A DNA stretch of 64,000 bases. Origin: Eutreptiella sp. 'Long Island Sound 2002' (Eukaryota; Protista; Euglenida). The translations under genes were made by a program, and so were the position numbers. How positions within the stretch are numbered: position 1 is the first letter of the stretch; each line of letters starts with the position of its first letter. The notes beneath the pieces are model-generated. The model was not told the DNA's origin. It worked only from the letters and a program-made list of their open reading frames with translations, and ran no database searches. Below, in pieces: positions 35,886 to 48,545 of this stretch. The DNA is taken from the NCBI GenBank assembly GCA_964036045.1, contig OZ038378.1:184202001-184266000 (forward strand), given 5' to 3'.

Positions 35886-37684
35886 GTTCCCACAGATGTT
35901 CAAGTTGGGCCCCGCATGCAATGCATCATCACAAAAAAGATGGCATATTGCACGAGAACAAGGGCGGTCACATTTCATGACGGCATTGGTGATGGAATAT
36001 GTGTTCCAGGAGCCTGTTGCGCAACCATTGTTACTATTGTTAACATATCATAAAATTTTGCCAGGGCACAATTTCGCCACATTCTTCACGGCAAAACTTT
36101 GGCTGTCACTTTCTCCTTGCGAAGTCCCCCACACACAAAAGATGAGCTTGTTCACATCCCTGACGGTGTTGCTGAATAAAGCAGCAATCGGCGATGCATA
36201 CAAACGCCATCAGAATGACTGGATCTCAAGCAATTTGCCCACTCTGGCAACCAACCAACTGACGTAGCGATCCCGTGGCGAAACCAAGACGCCCATGCGC
36301 TTCAGCGCCTGGGTCCTTTCCCCCTCTAAGATCTATCTGAACACAGCCCCCGCAAACGCTCAGCCCTACCTCTGCCAAGCAAAAAAGAGGGCTGGCTGAC
36401 AGAAAGCATTTCCAGAGCAGTGCCCAAACTGACTTGCCACTTGCCCATGCTTTGCTTCGCTTCGCTTTGCGCTCTGTTCTGTCCGTAGGTTGCATACTGT
36501 ACTCGGTTCCTGCAGACATGTCTGGGTGCATGGGGAATTGGACATGCCATTCACGTGTGATGGCGTGATGGAGCAGACGCGGCTGAAACCATCCAGTAAT
36601 ATGTAGTAAGTAAGTAAGTAAGTGAGTGAGTAATATGTAGTAAGTAAGTAAGTGAGAATGGAACAAATGTACAGTTCACATCCATGAAATATCACTTTAG
36701 GTCGAAGAAAAATACAATCTCACGACAGTTTGCCAGTCAACAACACGCAACACTTGCTGCTGACATAGAACAATGTCAGGACGGACACAGCTGTTGTGTC
36801 CAATATGCTGAGCCGCCAGTGTCTGCAGTAGCCCAGCTTGTGTCGTGGATGTCACCAAAACTTAGCCTCTACGTCATGAGAGGCTTGGGAATGCAACTAG
36901 CCCCGAAGGAGGGGTCTCTCTCTTGACAGAGGGGTTCGGAGGATGTACGTCCCTTTAAAAAAAGGGGGGGTCAAACTACAAGGGATAGCAGGTTCTTTCC
37001 TCCAGTTCTCTACTGTTTCAAAAGTATCCTATATTTGATACAAGTCACTATCTCGCAGTGGCGGCCGCAGCACCAACACTGCTGCAACATGACCACCACG
37101 ACCACCAGCACCCACATTCAAAAGGAGAACAAAAATATGGATTGTTCACAGCAACTCTTGCAGGACAATTTGGGGGCACAGTGCGGAATCCGTAGCCTCT
37201 GCAGAATGCCCCTGCAACCGCCTCAGAGCTACATCATTCACAAAGATGTCTCGTCCTCTGAACATGCAGCTGCCCCGGGGGGTCAACCCGAAAAGGTCTC
37301 CATGAATCAACACGTCTCTTTCCTGGCTCGGCTTCTGCACGTGGTGCCAGTAAATTCCTCTCCTCAGTATCTGTGCCTCCGAACCAAGTGGAAAGGAACA
37401 GACACGTAACCAGCAAAGGGTCAGTGGCGGCGTGTCTTAGGAATCGGGGGCAATCCAACTGCACAACTTCCCAATCTGGGAACGTTTGTCAATGACATGA
37501 AAAACAGGGCTGCAGGACTGCACTGTGTGCCGCCTGGAAGAAAGCGTCAGAGAAGCAAATGATGTTGGTCCCCTGCCAGCCGCCATTGCTTAACCGACGT
37601 TTCCGTGCCTCATAACGTAAATGCACGCGGTGCGGCGACCATGCGCCGATTGACCAGCCTCTAGGGCCTGGGAGCTGCCGGGCC

Positions 37685-37930
37685 TTACGCTGGACTCCAG
37701 GAGCCGTGCAGGCCAGCCGTGAGGTGGTGCGGCATCCGCAGCTTTGTCACGGGCCCTTGCTGCAGGTTTGAGGCGTCCAGAATCGCCAAATAGGACTTGT
37801 GCGACTTGGCGTCGTACATCAGCACCAACAAATACCCGTCGTCTTCCTTCTGCGCCCCCACTTTGGGCACAAAGATGGGCTCGCCACCGAATTGGCTTTT
37901 GCATTCAGGCACCCAGGCGTCATGCGCGAC
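37685..37930 (-). CDS. Carotenoid/apocarotenoid cleavage oxygenase, exon 5 (terminal)
   Basis: Acceptor gcacag at 37931; GGEPIFVPK, EDDGYLL, LHGSW (4th Fe-binding His); TAA at 37687-37685. Confidence 0.93.
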   Translation of the reverse strand, partial: VAHDAWVPECKSQFGGEPIFVPKVGAQKEDDGYLLVLMYDAKSHKSYLAILDASNLQQGPVTKLRMPHHLTAGLHGSWSPA

Positions 37931-38447
37931 CTGTGCAATTACACATACAGCAACACAGGCAGTCACGCGTCAGTCCCTCATGCAAGTAGTATGATATGCA
38001 CCTCCAGTCACAACAGGAGAGGCAGTGTGGGGGCGGCAACAACATCAGCTATACCATTGCCATCGGGGTCAGGGAAGAAAGCACCAAAGGGGCAAGGCCT
38101 GGGGTGAGCGGGCAGACACGTACGTGGGCACTCTCCCATAGCGAGCTCCCTGAGGATGCTCACAAATTTGTCGTGTTTTGGCATTAAGGACCACTCTAAA
38201 GCACCACGCCCATAACTGTCCAGTCCCCATTGGTTGCTATCCAACTGCTGCTCGTTGCCCTCCTGACATGGCACACCACGCCACGCCACGCCACACCGCA
38301 CCACAAACGGCACCGGCAAAGAAACATCGCCAATTTTAAGGCGAATGCCCAGCACACAGTTCTCAGGCATCTTAAGTCGAAGAGGGCGTAAGGAGCAGGG
38401 CATGATGGAGGTGAGACAGGTGAGGCGAAGGGGCACAGCAACAAGAC

Positions 38448-38780
38448 CTGCCCCTCTGGTTGCGAGGCGTCGACTTTTAATACCCCAACATTGGGGCCAA
38501 AATTGGGCCCCCGTGTCCGCGCGGTAGCGGCGTAGATATAGCGGTGGCGCTGGCCCACGACCTTGGGGTTACAGGAGGGGAATTCACAGCCGCGGTCCGC
38601 CAGGAGGTACCGCTTGACAGTGCCCTTTGCGGGGTCCAGCACATGGCGGAACAGCCCTGCCCAAGGCCCAGCCCCTCCGTACTCGTTCCCGCGGAAGTAG
38701 GTCTTGTCGGCATTGTCCAGAGTCATTCCGAAGTCGATGCCGCCCTGGAGGCAAACGCTGTCCGCGTAGATTAGTCCATC
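38448..38780 (-). CDS. Carotenoid/apocarotenoid cleavage oxygenase, exon 4
   Basis: Acceptor ctgcag at 38781, donor GTCTTG at 38447; DGLIYADSVC, CEFPSCNP..VG..HRYIY, VLKVD. Confidence 0.92.
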
Positions 38781-41221
38781 CTGCAGCCATGAAGAGGGTG
38801 AGGGAGGTCATAGGAGGGAGCAGGGGGAGAAGAGGGCGCAGGAGGGGCCGGTCGGGGATGAAGGAGAGGCAAAGGGGAGGGTGCTTGCCCGGCACCCTTT
38901 TGAGAAAGTGCCCCAGCTTTGGGGCTTATCCTCCCCTGAAGGGGCCCCCAGGGACACCGGAAAAATGTCCCTCTGCAAGCGAGGTCAACCTCAAATCCAT
39001 CCGTCCGTCCAGTCCACACAACCAGTAGCACAGCATTACTGGCGGTGTTTTTGGCCTTGGCTGCCAAGTCCAAAAAGCCACTCTGCACAGGGGGGTTCAA
39101 GTTCAGCCGATCCCTTGGGGTTAGGGAGCATTTTTGAACCTTGAAACGACCTTCAACTTCCCAGTCATCCTCATTTTGTTCCGAGCATTTTGAAACACCC
39201 ATGCAGCATTCGCCATTCACCACACGTTCGTTGCCTCGATTGCCCCACGGGCCTTTGCCACAACCGTACTCGCTGTTAGATGCCTGGCGTGTGTTCCCCC
39301 CATTGGCAAACCTCTTGTTCCCCTTTGGCGCAGGTTGGTGGGTCTGGAGGGAGGGTGGGTGGCGCGCCCTACACGAAACAAACCCCCTTGTGGCCCCTTC
39401 CGCAAGCATCGGCCCTTTCTGCCGGATCAGTCTTCTCTATCAGAGCCCATTGGTTGACCCCCTGCGGCGAGCAGTCCCCACCATCTGGCACGATGCACGA
39501 TGCATTAGCGCGCAACTCGGAGGGAGCACCAGCGGCTTCACCAGAGGAGTTTAAATTTAGACACTGTGCTCCTGGCATGCAACAACGTTGTGGCGGTAGT
39601 ACAGCACGAGCCCCTACCCTCCTCCCCACGGCCTTCAACTACGCCCTCCCCCCCGTACACCAAACCCCTTGTGCCTGGGCGGTTCTTCCCTTTGCAGAGC
39701 GTTTGTAAAGCATTTTATCCAGTGCATTGGGGTGTGCACGATTATCAAGCTGGAGTCCCCTGCCTAGACAACGCCCGGAAATCACTTGCTGTCAAAAACT
39801 GTGCCACTGCGGACATGCGTTTCTTGGTAACCGCGGCGTGACCTTGAAGAATGGGGTCAGCCATCGCCATTTGCTCCTTTCTGCGCACGAGGTGCCAGAT
39901 TCCCACCAACCCAAACTTGGGGCAGATATCCAGTTCCTTGATGAGAAGGCACACACTGATGGCTTACATGCCGAAAGCGATTTGGTGCCGATTGCGAGGT
40001 CGCCAGGTACTTGTGCAAGACATTCGCAAGTCCTCTCTAGTAGCAACACACTGTGTGGTTGCCAACGACTTGAAGTGGCGTGTGTACGCTTCGATGGTTG
40101 AATTTGGCTCGGACGCGATGGCCGTTGTGCAAGTAACATGTGCCTTAGACCGGCACATGTTTTCCAACTGGACGACCTAGTTGGAGAATCGCTCCACATT
40201 CTGGTCCAAGACAGCCTCTCTAACTCTGAGCCACGATGAGGACACTTCCATTCACAATGCCCTCTCCCACAGTGGCCGTGGCTGCCGGGCGGTGGCTGAT
40301 TTGTATGCCAGCGCCTGCCACGGCTTCCCACTACATACACCGCCCCATCCATCATGCGAAACCGCCATGTGCTGCTGCAGCATATCGGGAGGAGGACTCC
40401 ACTTCAAACTGGGATCCACCATGCCAATGAGCATGGTTATCAAGACCAAAAGCGCGACCTTGATCCTCTCATGGGGCCGCGCTAGTGGTGTCCTGGAGAT
40501 CTTCCCAGCCTCGTTTTGACCTCTAACTGGGCAAATTCACCTTTTCACATTCAACTAGCATATTGAGTACGTTGTCAACCGAGGTATCTATGGCAAGCTG
40601 CACACGTAAGGCCCTTGCTACTTGCTTTGTGTTCCACCTGCAGCCGGCAGATAGACAATCCCCCTCATCGCCATGGTGAGGTTGTCCGCCGACACCCTCG
40701 CTGCCCACAACGGACACGCGCTCATGCTGGTGAGCTCCGGCTCTTCTTCAATCGGCCTTTTGTTGAGCATACCGTAGCAATACTTGAACCCAGGGCAAAT
40801 GAAGTGGATGAACAACCCCGACGGAAAGAACTGTCGATCAAGCACACAAGGGAAGAGCATGGCAATAACAATACTGCTAATAAGGCTTTTGTGCCGTAGG
40901 AAGTCCACTTGCGGGGTCCATTCCCCGACGGGGGCACATTAGCGCCTTCCGCCTGTCCATTCCCGCGCTCCGTCCTCCTTGTGGCGAGCGCATCATGTCC
41001 AGGGGGGCGGGGGGACCCCTCCTCCAATGGTTATCCGATGGTTCTAATACATCCCTGGGCAAAATGGTGTTTGGGAGACATCAAGGAGGAGTTGGCACAA
41101 TTGAGTCCCCATACCCTTCAAAAACGCCTTGAAAAGCCCCTGGCTGGCACTGAAACGGGTCAAAAATACATTTTTCAACAGTGTTCCTACACCGATCATG
41201 CATCCATCGGCGGCCGCTGAC

Positions 41222-41530
41222 CTGTTCATAGGCATTCGCGTGGTGGAAGATAAACTGCGTGATGGACAGAGGGACGTCCAACATCTTGGGCTTCTCTCCC
41301 TTGGCCCGGGCAGGGCCGCGCGGAACCAGATACCACTTTCCAGGGATTCCTTCTGTCATCTTGAGGCACTGGGCGATGCTGCTTTTGCCCCACAAATACT
41401 CCAATCCAAAAGTCTTGAGGTCTAGTGTGATGGGGTTGAGGTAGAACACATAATAATTCTCCGTCACTGCGAAATCGTGCACAAAAGCAAAAGCTTTGCC
41501 CGGCACCGTGTACTCCGAGCTATCCAGCAC
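41222..41530 (-). CDS. Carotenoid/apocarotenoid cleavage oxygenase, exon 3
   Basis: Acceptor gttcag at 41531, donor GTCAGC at 41221; AFVHDFAVTENY and FHHANAYE (2nd and 3rd Fe-binding His). Confidence 0.93.
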
Positions 41531-42279
41531 CTGAACGGGAGTGTGGGGTATCGTCTGTGTAAATGTGCCGGGATTGGGGTGCATCATTGGAAGCAAGTCT
41601 CAACAATGGGTCATCGGTATGCATCAAACTAGGACAGACAGTTTCTGGAAATGAGGGTGAGGGGGAAGGAGATGGGGGAGGGGTAGGGGGGAAGGGAGAT
41701 GGAGGGGAAGGGGAGGGGGGCGGGGGGGTACGCACCAATATCTGCGTCCCACAGCACACAGGGTACGATTTCGAATACGGGGAGTGGCTGATATACAACC
41801 CGCGCTGTCACCGCGCCCACGTTTTCGGGGTATTTCCCAGGACTCATCAGTGATGATTTATCATGACCACAGACCCACTTCCGTTGAGCTCTTCAGGAAA
41901 CATGCCATCCCTTCATGACACGGTACCACTGCCCATGTGCCCCACAGCCCCCAGCGTTGACGGTTAACGGTGACCACACCACACTCCCAGGGTCCACCGC
42001 CGCAGCCGCAGCTCGCTACCTTACATGCTCGCCTTCTCCGTACGTACGGTGGCAACAGGTTTGCGGGCGCGGGTCTGGTTGGGGGTGCCGTGTGGGCGTG
42101 AGAATGGATGTGGATGTGGCATGGGAACAGAGATACCGATGTAACTGGGGACGGGACGGGACGTGGGCCGGGAATGCGGATGCCGATGCGAATGTGGATC
42201 GCGGGGATCGCACCACCACATGGTCAACCAAGACACACCCTCCTGGTAATTCCCACGGCACACGGGGCGGGCGGAGAAC

Positions 42280-42852
42280 CTCGAAGCTGCCTTCCGCGAA
42301 CTCCCACACACGGATGCGCAGGTCCCGCCCCCCGAGCGCCGACACCCCAAAGTTCACCAATCGGTCTTCATAGTGCCGATAGTGCGCGGCAAACTCCTGG
42401 CCCTCTGGCAAGACCCCGTCCAGCGAACAGGTGCCTGTCGTCTCCAGAGTCTCGGGGTCCAAGCGGTGTGGGCCACCGCCCTCCCAAAGGGCCAGCAACC
42501 GGTCCCCCCACCGCACAACCCCCGTATTGGCGATGTTCTTGGGCTTGATGTCCAGTGGGTTGTAGAACCACGAGTCCGTGGGGTTGCCCACAGAGAACAC
42601 GCCGCGGTACAGTGCCTTTCCCGCCTGCTTCTCCTTCACATAGCCCTCAGTCTTGACGAACCGGGACGAGAACGTGATCTGGTCCCCGAACCGGAAGGCG
42701 CAGACGTACCCGTCCCCATCGAAGGGCTGGTCGATGGGCTTGCCATCCGGGGTCTCCAGCAGGCCAGGCCCGTTGCGGTAGAGGATGCCCTTGGGGAAAT
42801 CGGAAGGCAGCGTGCCCTCGATCATGTCGTCTTTGAAAGTGTAGTCAAACTC
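42280..42852 (-). CDS. Carotenoid/apocarotenoid cleavage oxygenase, exon 2
   Basis: Acceptor ttgtag at 42853; GTLP...G.LYRNGPG, PFDGDG, KNIANT, LLALWEGG.P..LDP.TLET, AAHY (1st Fe-binding His). Donor GTTCTC at 42279 chosen by homology; an in-frame GT 18 nt further is an alternative. Confidence 0.92.
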
Positions 42853-43388
42853 CTACAACCAGGGATGCATACGAAGGGCGGGGGACTCAGAGCATGTTGC
42901 AGGATCCATTGCTGGAAAATTGCACCGGATAACCAGAGGGTATCCTGGCAGCACCACAAGATGCAGTGGAAAGGTCAGAAGATTGTGCAGGTGCAATCGC
43001 TAGCCATGGACAAGCTGGCGCACACGGTGCTTACTGGGGTCAACCAAAAGGAGGCACCGCCCTCTGAGTCAAGCCATACCCCAAAGCCTGTGGTGTCCCC
43101 TTGGATTATGCATTTCAGCTGCTACTGCTCGTTTCTGGGCACCCCTTGAAAGTGGACCATGTGACCGCTTCTTGGTGACCCGTGCACGGCGACAGCCGCG
43201 TCTCGTGGTACACGTTAGAAACGCAAGTTCACCACTAGTGAGCAACGTTTGATTGAGCACTGTTTGACTTGAGCACAGTTTGCGCAGTCGAACTGGGGTA
43301 CTGCAACGGCCGAGTTAGACACACAATGTTCGGCCCTCCGCTAAGGGTTTCGCCATTGTGCTTTATGGTTGCTATCTGTCTGTGCTGT

Positions 43389-43434
43389 AGTTCCTGCACA
43401 GTTCCTGCACAGTTCCTGCACAGTTCCTGCACAG
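43389..43434. repeat. (AGTTCCTGCAC)x4 tandem repeat
   Basis: Direct inspection. Confidence 0.9.
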
Positions 43435-44468
43435 CACGCACACAGCACGCACTTTGCAAGGTAAAATCGGAGATATGCAAGGAAATCCAGAGTTTGTGAT
43501 CATTCTTGTACATCCATTGAGTATTGCACCCCAAAGCATGGCCAAGAACCAATCGTGATGCTACGGTGAGAGACAGGATTGGATAGAGGGGCCTAGCTGA
43601 AGCAGTTGTAGGAAGCCAAAATGGCTGGTTGATTGCGCAGTGTGCACCCCTTTTCTGACTCTTGTGTAGTTGAAGCAGTGTAGTAGAAGGGCATCCACAA
43701 AGGAGTGAGTGGGTCCTTGTCATGGAGTTGCGGCCCATGATGAAAAATCACATGTGAGGAGTGACATTGATTGTACGTACTAGTCATTGGGTGATTCCCA
43801 GTATACACTTACAAAGGACAACATGTAGCAGGAACCGGTAAAAACAAGTAAAAATGGGTGGAAGGGGGGTGAAAAGGGGAGGGAAAAAGTGCAAATCTTG
43901 CTATGCCATATCCCCAATTAGGAAGAACCTCCAAAATACCCAGTATCAAGCAACAATATGCCCCCAATACCACAAAGTATGGGTCTGTGGTACAGCATAA
44001 ATGAAAACTCCGCATAGCGCACACACAACGCACCCTTCGCTCCCTAAGCCTCCACCTCTACAATGCACTACCCTGTTGCTCGTCTGTGTTCCATTTTTCG
44101 CCCCCCCCCCCCCTACTCTATTGTGTACAACAAAGGGCAAATTGACCCATCCATCTTTTAGCCGTATAGGTGAGCATATACATACTACCCTATGGTTGGG
44201 ATATCTATGCAATGCCTCACCCTCTGTACAATGTGCTTGCTGCTTTGGTTTCTATTGGGTTTGGGTGGTTGGGCTTTGGGGGAGCAAGAGGGCTATCTTA
44301 CTCCCTACATCCTATAGCTTCCTATAGCTCCCATGCATCCCTTTGTACCCTTTTGCGTCCAGTGCACACCTTTGCGTTCTGTTATTTGCACAGGTGTTTG
44401 CAAACACCACACAACAAGGAACTTGCACCGCCCACAACAAAGGCATGATGGTGCTCAGTGCTTGAAGA

Positions 44469-44695
44469 CAGGGCTGTCCTTAGGGAAAAAGGAACAGGTC
44501 CATAACACCAACAGAAACGAACGTTGTTCAAAGGGACACTCTCTGCTTCATGGTCATGGGACCTTGTAGTTGGCGGTTGGTGGTTGGTGGAGGTTGGCGG
44601 TTGGCGGTTGGCAGTTGGTGGTCCCTGGGGGCTGTCCTTAATGGCTGTCCTGTACAAAAAAGAGAAAAAAATCTGGGTTCTTAAGGACAGCCCTG
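44469..44695. mobile_element. hAT-type MITE, same family as 34558-34920
   Basis: CAGGGCTGTCCTTA / TTAAGGACAGCCCTG termini; flanks CTTGAAGA / CTTGAAGG; internal GGCGGTT repeats. Confidence 0.85.
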
Positions 44696-44731
44696 CTTGA
44701 AGGAGGGAGGGCAACAAATCACCAGGAATAG

Positions 44732-44763
<32 letters not shown>

Positions 44764-45276
44764 GTGTGTGCGTGTGTGTTGGGGTTCTACCGTTTTTACC
44801 AGGTCTTCCCAATTGGACCCGTATGGCCACACTGGCTTCCTCGGGTCGGGTCGCTTCCCCATCATAGCAGGCCCACAGTGCAGGCCAGGGGTATTTGCGT
44901 CCCTGTGTTGCCCCTCGACCAGTGCGATGTGCACTTTAGGCCAGAACCTGGCTCGCTGCCCCAGGACCACCCTGGAAGTGGGGTGGTGGCTCTGTGGCTT
45001 CCGCCGGGCCAGCTCCACGGTATTAGTTCGACGAGCCCGTCATCGCCATGTTGCCCCGTGTGTTGTGTGTGTATTGGGGCTTCCACAGCTGGTGGTGCTC
45101 GCGGCAGCGAGGCAGCGAGGCGGCCTCCACGGCCTACTCATTTGGCGAGTTCCCCAGAAAGGATGCCCTGGATGCACGGCTGCCGCCGCCCGCCTCCAGA
45201 CATGCCCGCTCCGGGGATCGAACCCACGACTCTTCGGTTGCAAGACCTACGCTTAGCCCGGTTGAGTTAGCCGGGG
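44732..45276 (-). mobile_element. tRNA-headed SINE-like element ending in a (CA)n tail
   Basis: tRNA-like head at 45276-45204 (B-box GGGTTCGATCCC, Thr(TGT)-like arm), ~105-bp linker, ~330-bp body, (CA)n tail at 44777-44732. Confidence 0.65.
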
Positions 45277-45282
45277 ATCCTT

Positions 45283-45601
45283 GTGTGTGTTGGGGTACTA
45301 CCGTTTTTACCAGGTCTTCCCTGTTGGACCTGTATGGCCACACTGGTATCCTCGGGTCGGGTCGCTCCCCATTATAGCAGGCCCACAGTGCAGGCCAGGG
45401 GTGTGTCCCTGTATTGCCCCTCGACCAGTGCGATGTGCACTTTAGGCCAGAACCTGGCTCGCTGCCCCAGGACCACCCTGGAAGTGGGGTGGTGGCTCCG
45501 TGGCTTCCTCCGGGCCAGCTCCACGGTATTAGTTCAACGAGCCCGTCATCGCCATGTTGCCCCGTGTGTTGTGTGTGTATTGGGGCTTTCACAGGTGGTG
45601 G
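45283..45601 (-). repeat. Second, headless copy of the same ~320-bp SINE body
   Basis: Near-identical direct repeat of 44768-45098, seen by eye. Confidence 0.9.
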
Positions 45602-46626
45602 TGTGTGTGCGTGTGTAGGGGGGTCTTTACTCTAGGGGTTCCACCAACCAGGCTGGTGGTTTGGTCGGTAGCTAGGTTTGTCGCCAGGCTGGGCTGACAA
45701 CTAGCTTGCAGGCTAGGTCAGCGGCTAGGTTGGCGGCTGGGATGGTGGCTGAATTGGCAGCTGGGTTGGCGGCTGGGTCCAACAACTGGCTATCCACAGT
45801 CACAACACATGTGCATACAATTGCAGCTGGCAGTGGGCGCTCTGAATGAATCTTTTGTCAATTGCTCAGCCAGGACACAAATTGACTGGCTGCTATGCTG
45901 CTCAAACGACGCTCAAAACAACGTTTGAGTGTTGTCTGAGCAGGATGCCAGAGGTTTATTTTGAGCACCTTTGGAGAAATTACCAAAATACTTATTGAGA
46001 CTCTCAACCCCAAACCCAGTGCAAGCTCCAAGTGCGTGTGTAACCCTTCACGAGCCAGGGCAGGCATATACACTTCATTGTGGTACGTTGATCATATGGG
46101 TGCTTGGTCCACATGCTGACCCTGCTACCAAGTACAGGAAGTGGTTGGGGCCGCTTTCCCCTGTTGTTTGGCTGGGTTCTATGTTGTTTGATGGTTGGGT
46201 TGGTGGGTGGTTTGCCTGCTGGGTTCGGTCGGAATGAACCACCACCAAACAGGACAAAACAGCACCACTACCCAGAAGAAGGCAGACACAGCCAAGCCAT
46301 CAACCCAACCATCAAACAAGCTGCCACCCCAGCCGTGCCCATCTACTACACTGCACACAATTGCAGAGCGCACTCAGCCTGGTGCTGGGCAGTGACTTGA
46401 GCTCTTGTCAATTGCTGCCAAATGCTCAACGCTCCGTGCACTCAAATGCCGCTCAACCGCGGAATGCTGGCGCTAGTTTGAGCGTCATTTGGGCAAACGG
46501 AGCGGATCTACGCTTGAGCGTCCTTTGAGCACTTTGGAGCGATCGCAAGAGGTCCGCCCAGACAAGGAGCGCCAGGCTCAGCACAATCTGCAACCATGTG
46601 CATGTGTGTAGTGGCTGTGCACCGCC

Positions 46627-46627
46627 A

Positions 46628-46718
<91 letters not shown>
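46627..46718. repeat. (CA)n microsatellite in intron 1 of the oxygenase gene
   Basis: Direct inspection. Confidence 0.97.
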
Positions 46719-46722
<4 letters not shown>

Positions 46723-46816
46723 CCCAAACTTCGGATGCAAGGTCATAAATTGCCCTGAAAACACAATTTGGAAAATTGTGCCACCTGCCTGCTCCCTCGC
46801 ACGTGCATGTCCACAC

Positions 46817-47404
46817 CACTTTTTGGCTCTTGTACAGCCCCAACCACTCATCATAGTCAAAATCCATGGGCTCATCCACATCAAACTGGATGATCTCTTG
46901 CTCAGGAGCTGTCACTGCCCCAGCGCTGTTCAAGCGGGTACCACTAGTGGCCATCAGCGCCTGTGTCTCTGAGCTCCAGCCACGCAATCGGTAGGCAGCA
47001 ACTGCAGAAGTGACGAATGTGGCCAAAGCTAGCAGTAGGGGCCATTCAGACCAGAGCATGAAGGCTGCAGGCTGCACCGCCTGAGGAGCGGCAGCAAGAT
47101 GGACCTCCGCATGCCTACCAGCGGAGTGGGCAGGGGCGGCAGGGGCGGCAGGGGCGGCATTGTAGCGCGCCATGGAGTGGAGTCCACGGGGCTGTCGGGC
47201 ATGTGGCAGTTGCATGCCTCGGTCTGCGACGCCTCGGGTGGTGGGGGCCATAATGAGCAGCGAGCTGCCGGCAACATCCCGGTGAACCATGCTGGAGATC
47301 CACCCGGCCGCCACCCCGGCACACAGGCACAGTAGTGCGGCCGCCTTGCAGGGGGCAAAGGGCATGGGCCCTGCTGTGGGGCTGTGCACCTCGGGGGCGA
47401 TCAT
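46817..47404 (-). CDS. Carotenoid/apocarotenoid cleavage oxygenase, exon 1, with euglenophyte class-I-like plastid presequence
   Basis: ATG 47404 lies 7 nt after a TTTTCGCAG acceptor; hydrophobic signal region, Ala/Pro/Arg/Ser-rich transit region, second hydrophobic stop-transfer segment WPLLLALATFVTSAVAAY, ALMATSG; DEWLGLYKSQKV joins EFDY of exon 2; donor GTGTGG at 46816 (alternative GT at 46819). Confidence 0.85.
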
Positions 47405-47411
47405 GTTGTGC

Positions 47412-47425
47412 CTGCGAAAAGCATT
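47412..47425 (-). promoter_or_regulatory. Candidate spliced-leader trans-splice acceptor of the oxygenase gene
   Basis: GCTTTTCGCAG ending at 47412, 7 nt before the ATG. Confidence 0.55.
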
Positions 47426-48545
47426 TTGGTGGGCAGCTTTGGCATCACATGAGGTGTCCATTTTTCCATTCCCTGCTCCGTGTTCACCCTGGGACAGCTA
47501 CAGCACAGAATCACCATGATCCCGATGATCTTGGAAATCAAGTGCACATACACATGCCCCACAGTGCCCGCCCAATCAGTGCCGCCGAAAGGGTGGCTGT
47601 GATATTAAGGGGGGGCTCCATGAGTTGCAGAAACAATGCATGTGATCATCGTGGGCAATTTATGGCGGTGACTGAGACTGTGTAGACTGTGAGACTGTGT
47701 AGAAATGTGCGGGTTCGCGCTGGTGCTTCGGCAAGTAGACTGCCGGTATGGGCTAGTGCCTGGAGGTGGATTACAAAGGAGATCAGATTGCTTGCGCCCC
47801 AAGTTTGCAAGTTCCTACGCCCATTCATAGCCTACTGTCGCGACATGTGACGTAACCTTTATCCAGGAAATGGCGATTATCCATGGCGTCAAGAAGCATT
47901 GTCCAGAGGTCTGCATTGAGTACAGGCGCCTGGGTCTTGCACCAACGTGCCACTTGTTGGCGGTCTGGATTCCAAGAAAAATACGGTCAGTTGCAACGGT
48001 GTCTGTTCAAGGAGAGAAATGTAGGCACAGAATCCACCCTATGCTCTCCCCATTTATTTGTTTGAAGTTTGTACAGTGGCATGGAACCATAGGTTTCCCA
48101 GTGTTCACTAGGAATATGATGACTGCATTCGCAATGCAGAGCAAAGCAAAGCAGCAAAACTTGTCAAAAACCCGTGGGTTCAACCTGTGTTTGTACAAAG
48201 CAAGAGACAAATGGCGAGTTCGCTGTTGTCCGATGTTATACATCACACAGTGAGTTTCGGTTTACTGCCTTTATGTGTTTACCTGCATGTATGCACAATG
48301 TATGCGGCGATATGATGCATGTATGGTTTGCCCCGTTCAAACGGGGTGCTCGTCGCACCCCTCTGCCCACCACATGTCATGGAGGTAGTGGGCCATGTGT
48401 GCTCCTGATCCCTGGATTTCTGTGTTACCCACCTTCACTGACACTGGACGTCTGGTGCGATTGGAGAACCTGGACAGTGATTTTTTTTTGGTCTGTACCA
48501 TGATTCTACTGGTATTTGGTCTGTCCGCATGTGTCGTCGTGTCAC

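Noticed and set aside
38781-41221. Euglenid non-conventional (structured) intron
   Set aside because: Ends can pair over only 4 bp (CAGC/GCTG) at the wrong offsets for the +4..6 / -8..-6 consensus, and the intron is GT-AG.
47412-47430. Relic spliced-leader sequence (TTTTCG; also TCTATTTT at 31820-31813) indicating retrogene origin
   Set aside because: Matches are only 6-8 nt and are explained by ordinary polypyrimidine acceptors.
46508-47461. 317-aa ORF as a single-exon protein starting at 47461
   Set aside because: It reads through the donor into the (CA)n tract (VCVC run), and the first ATG lies upstream of the likely trans-splice acceptor.
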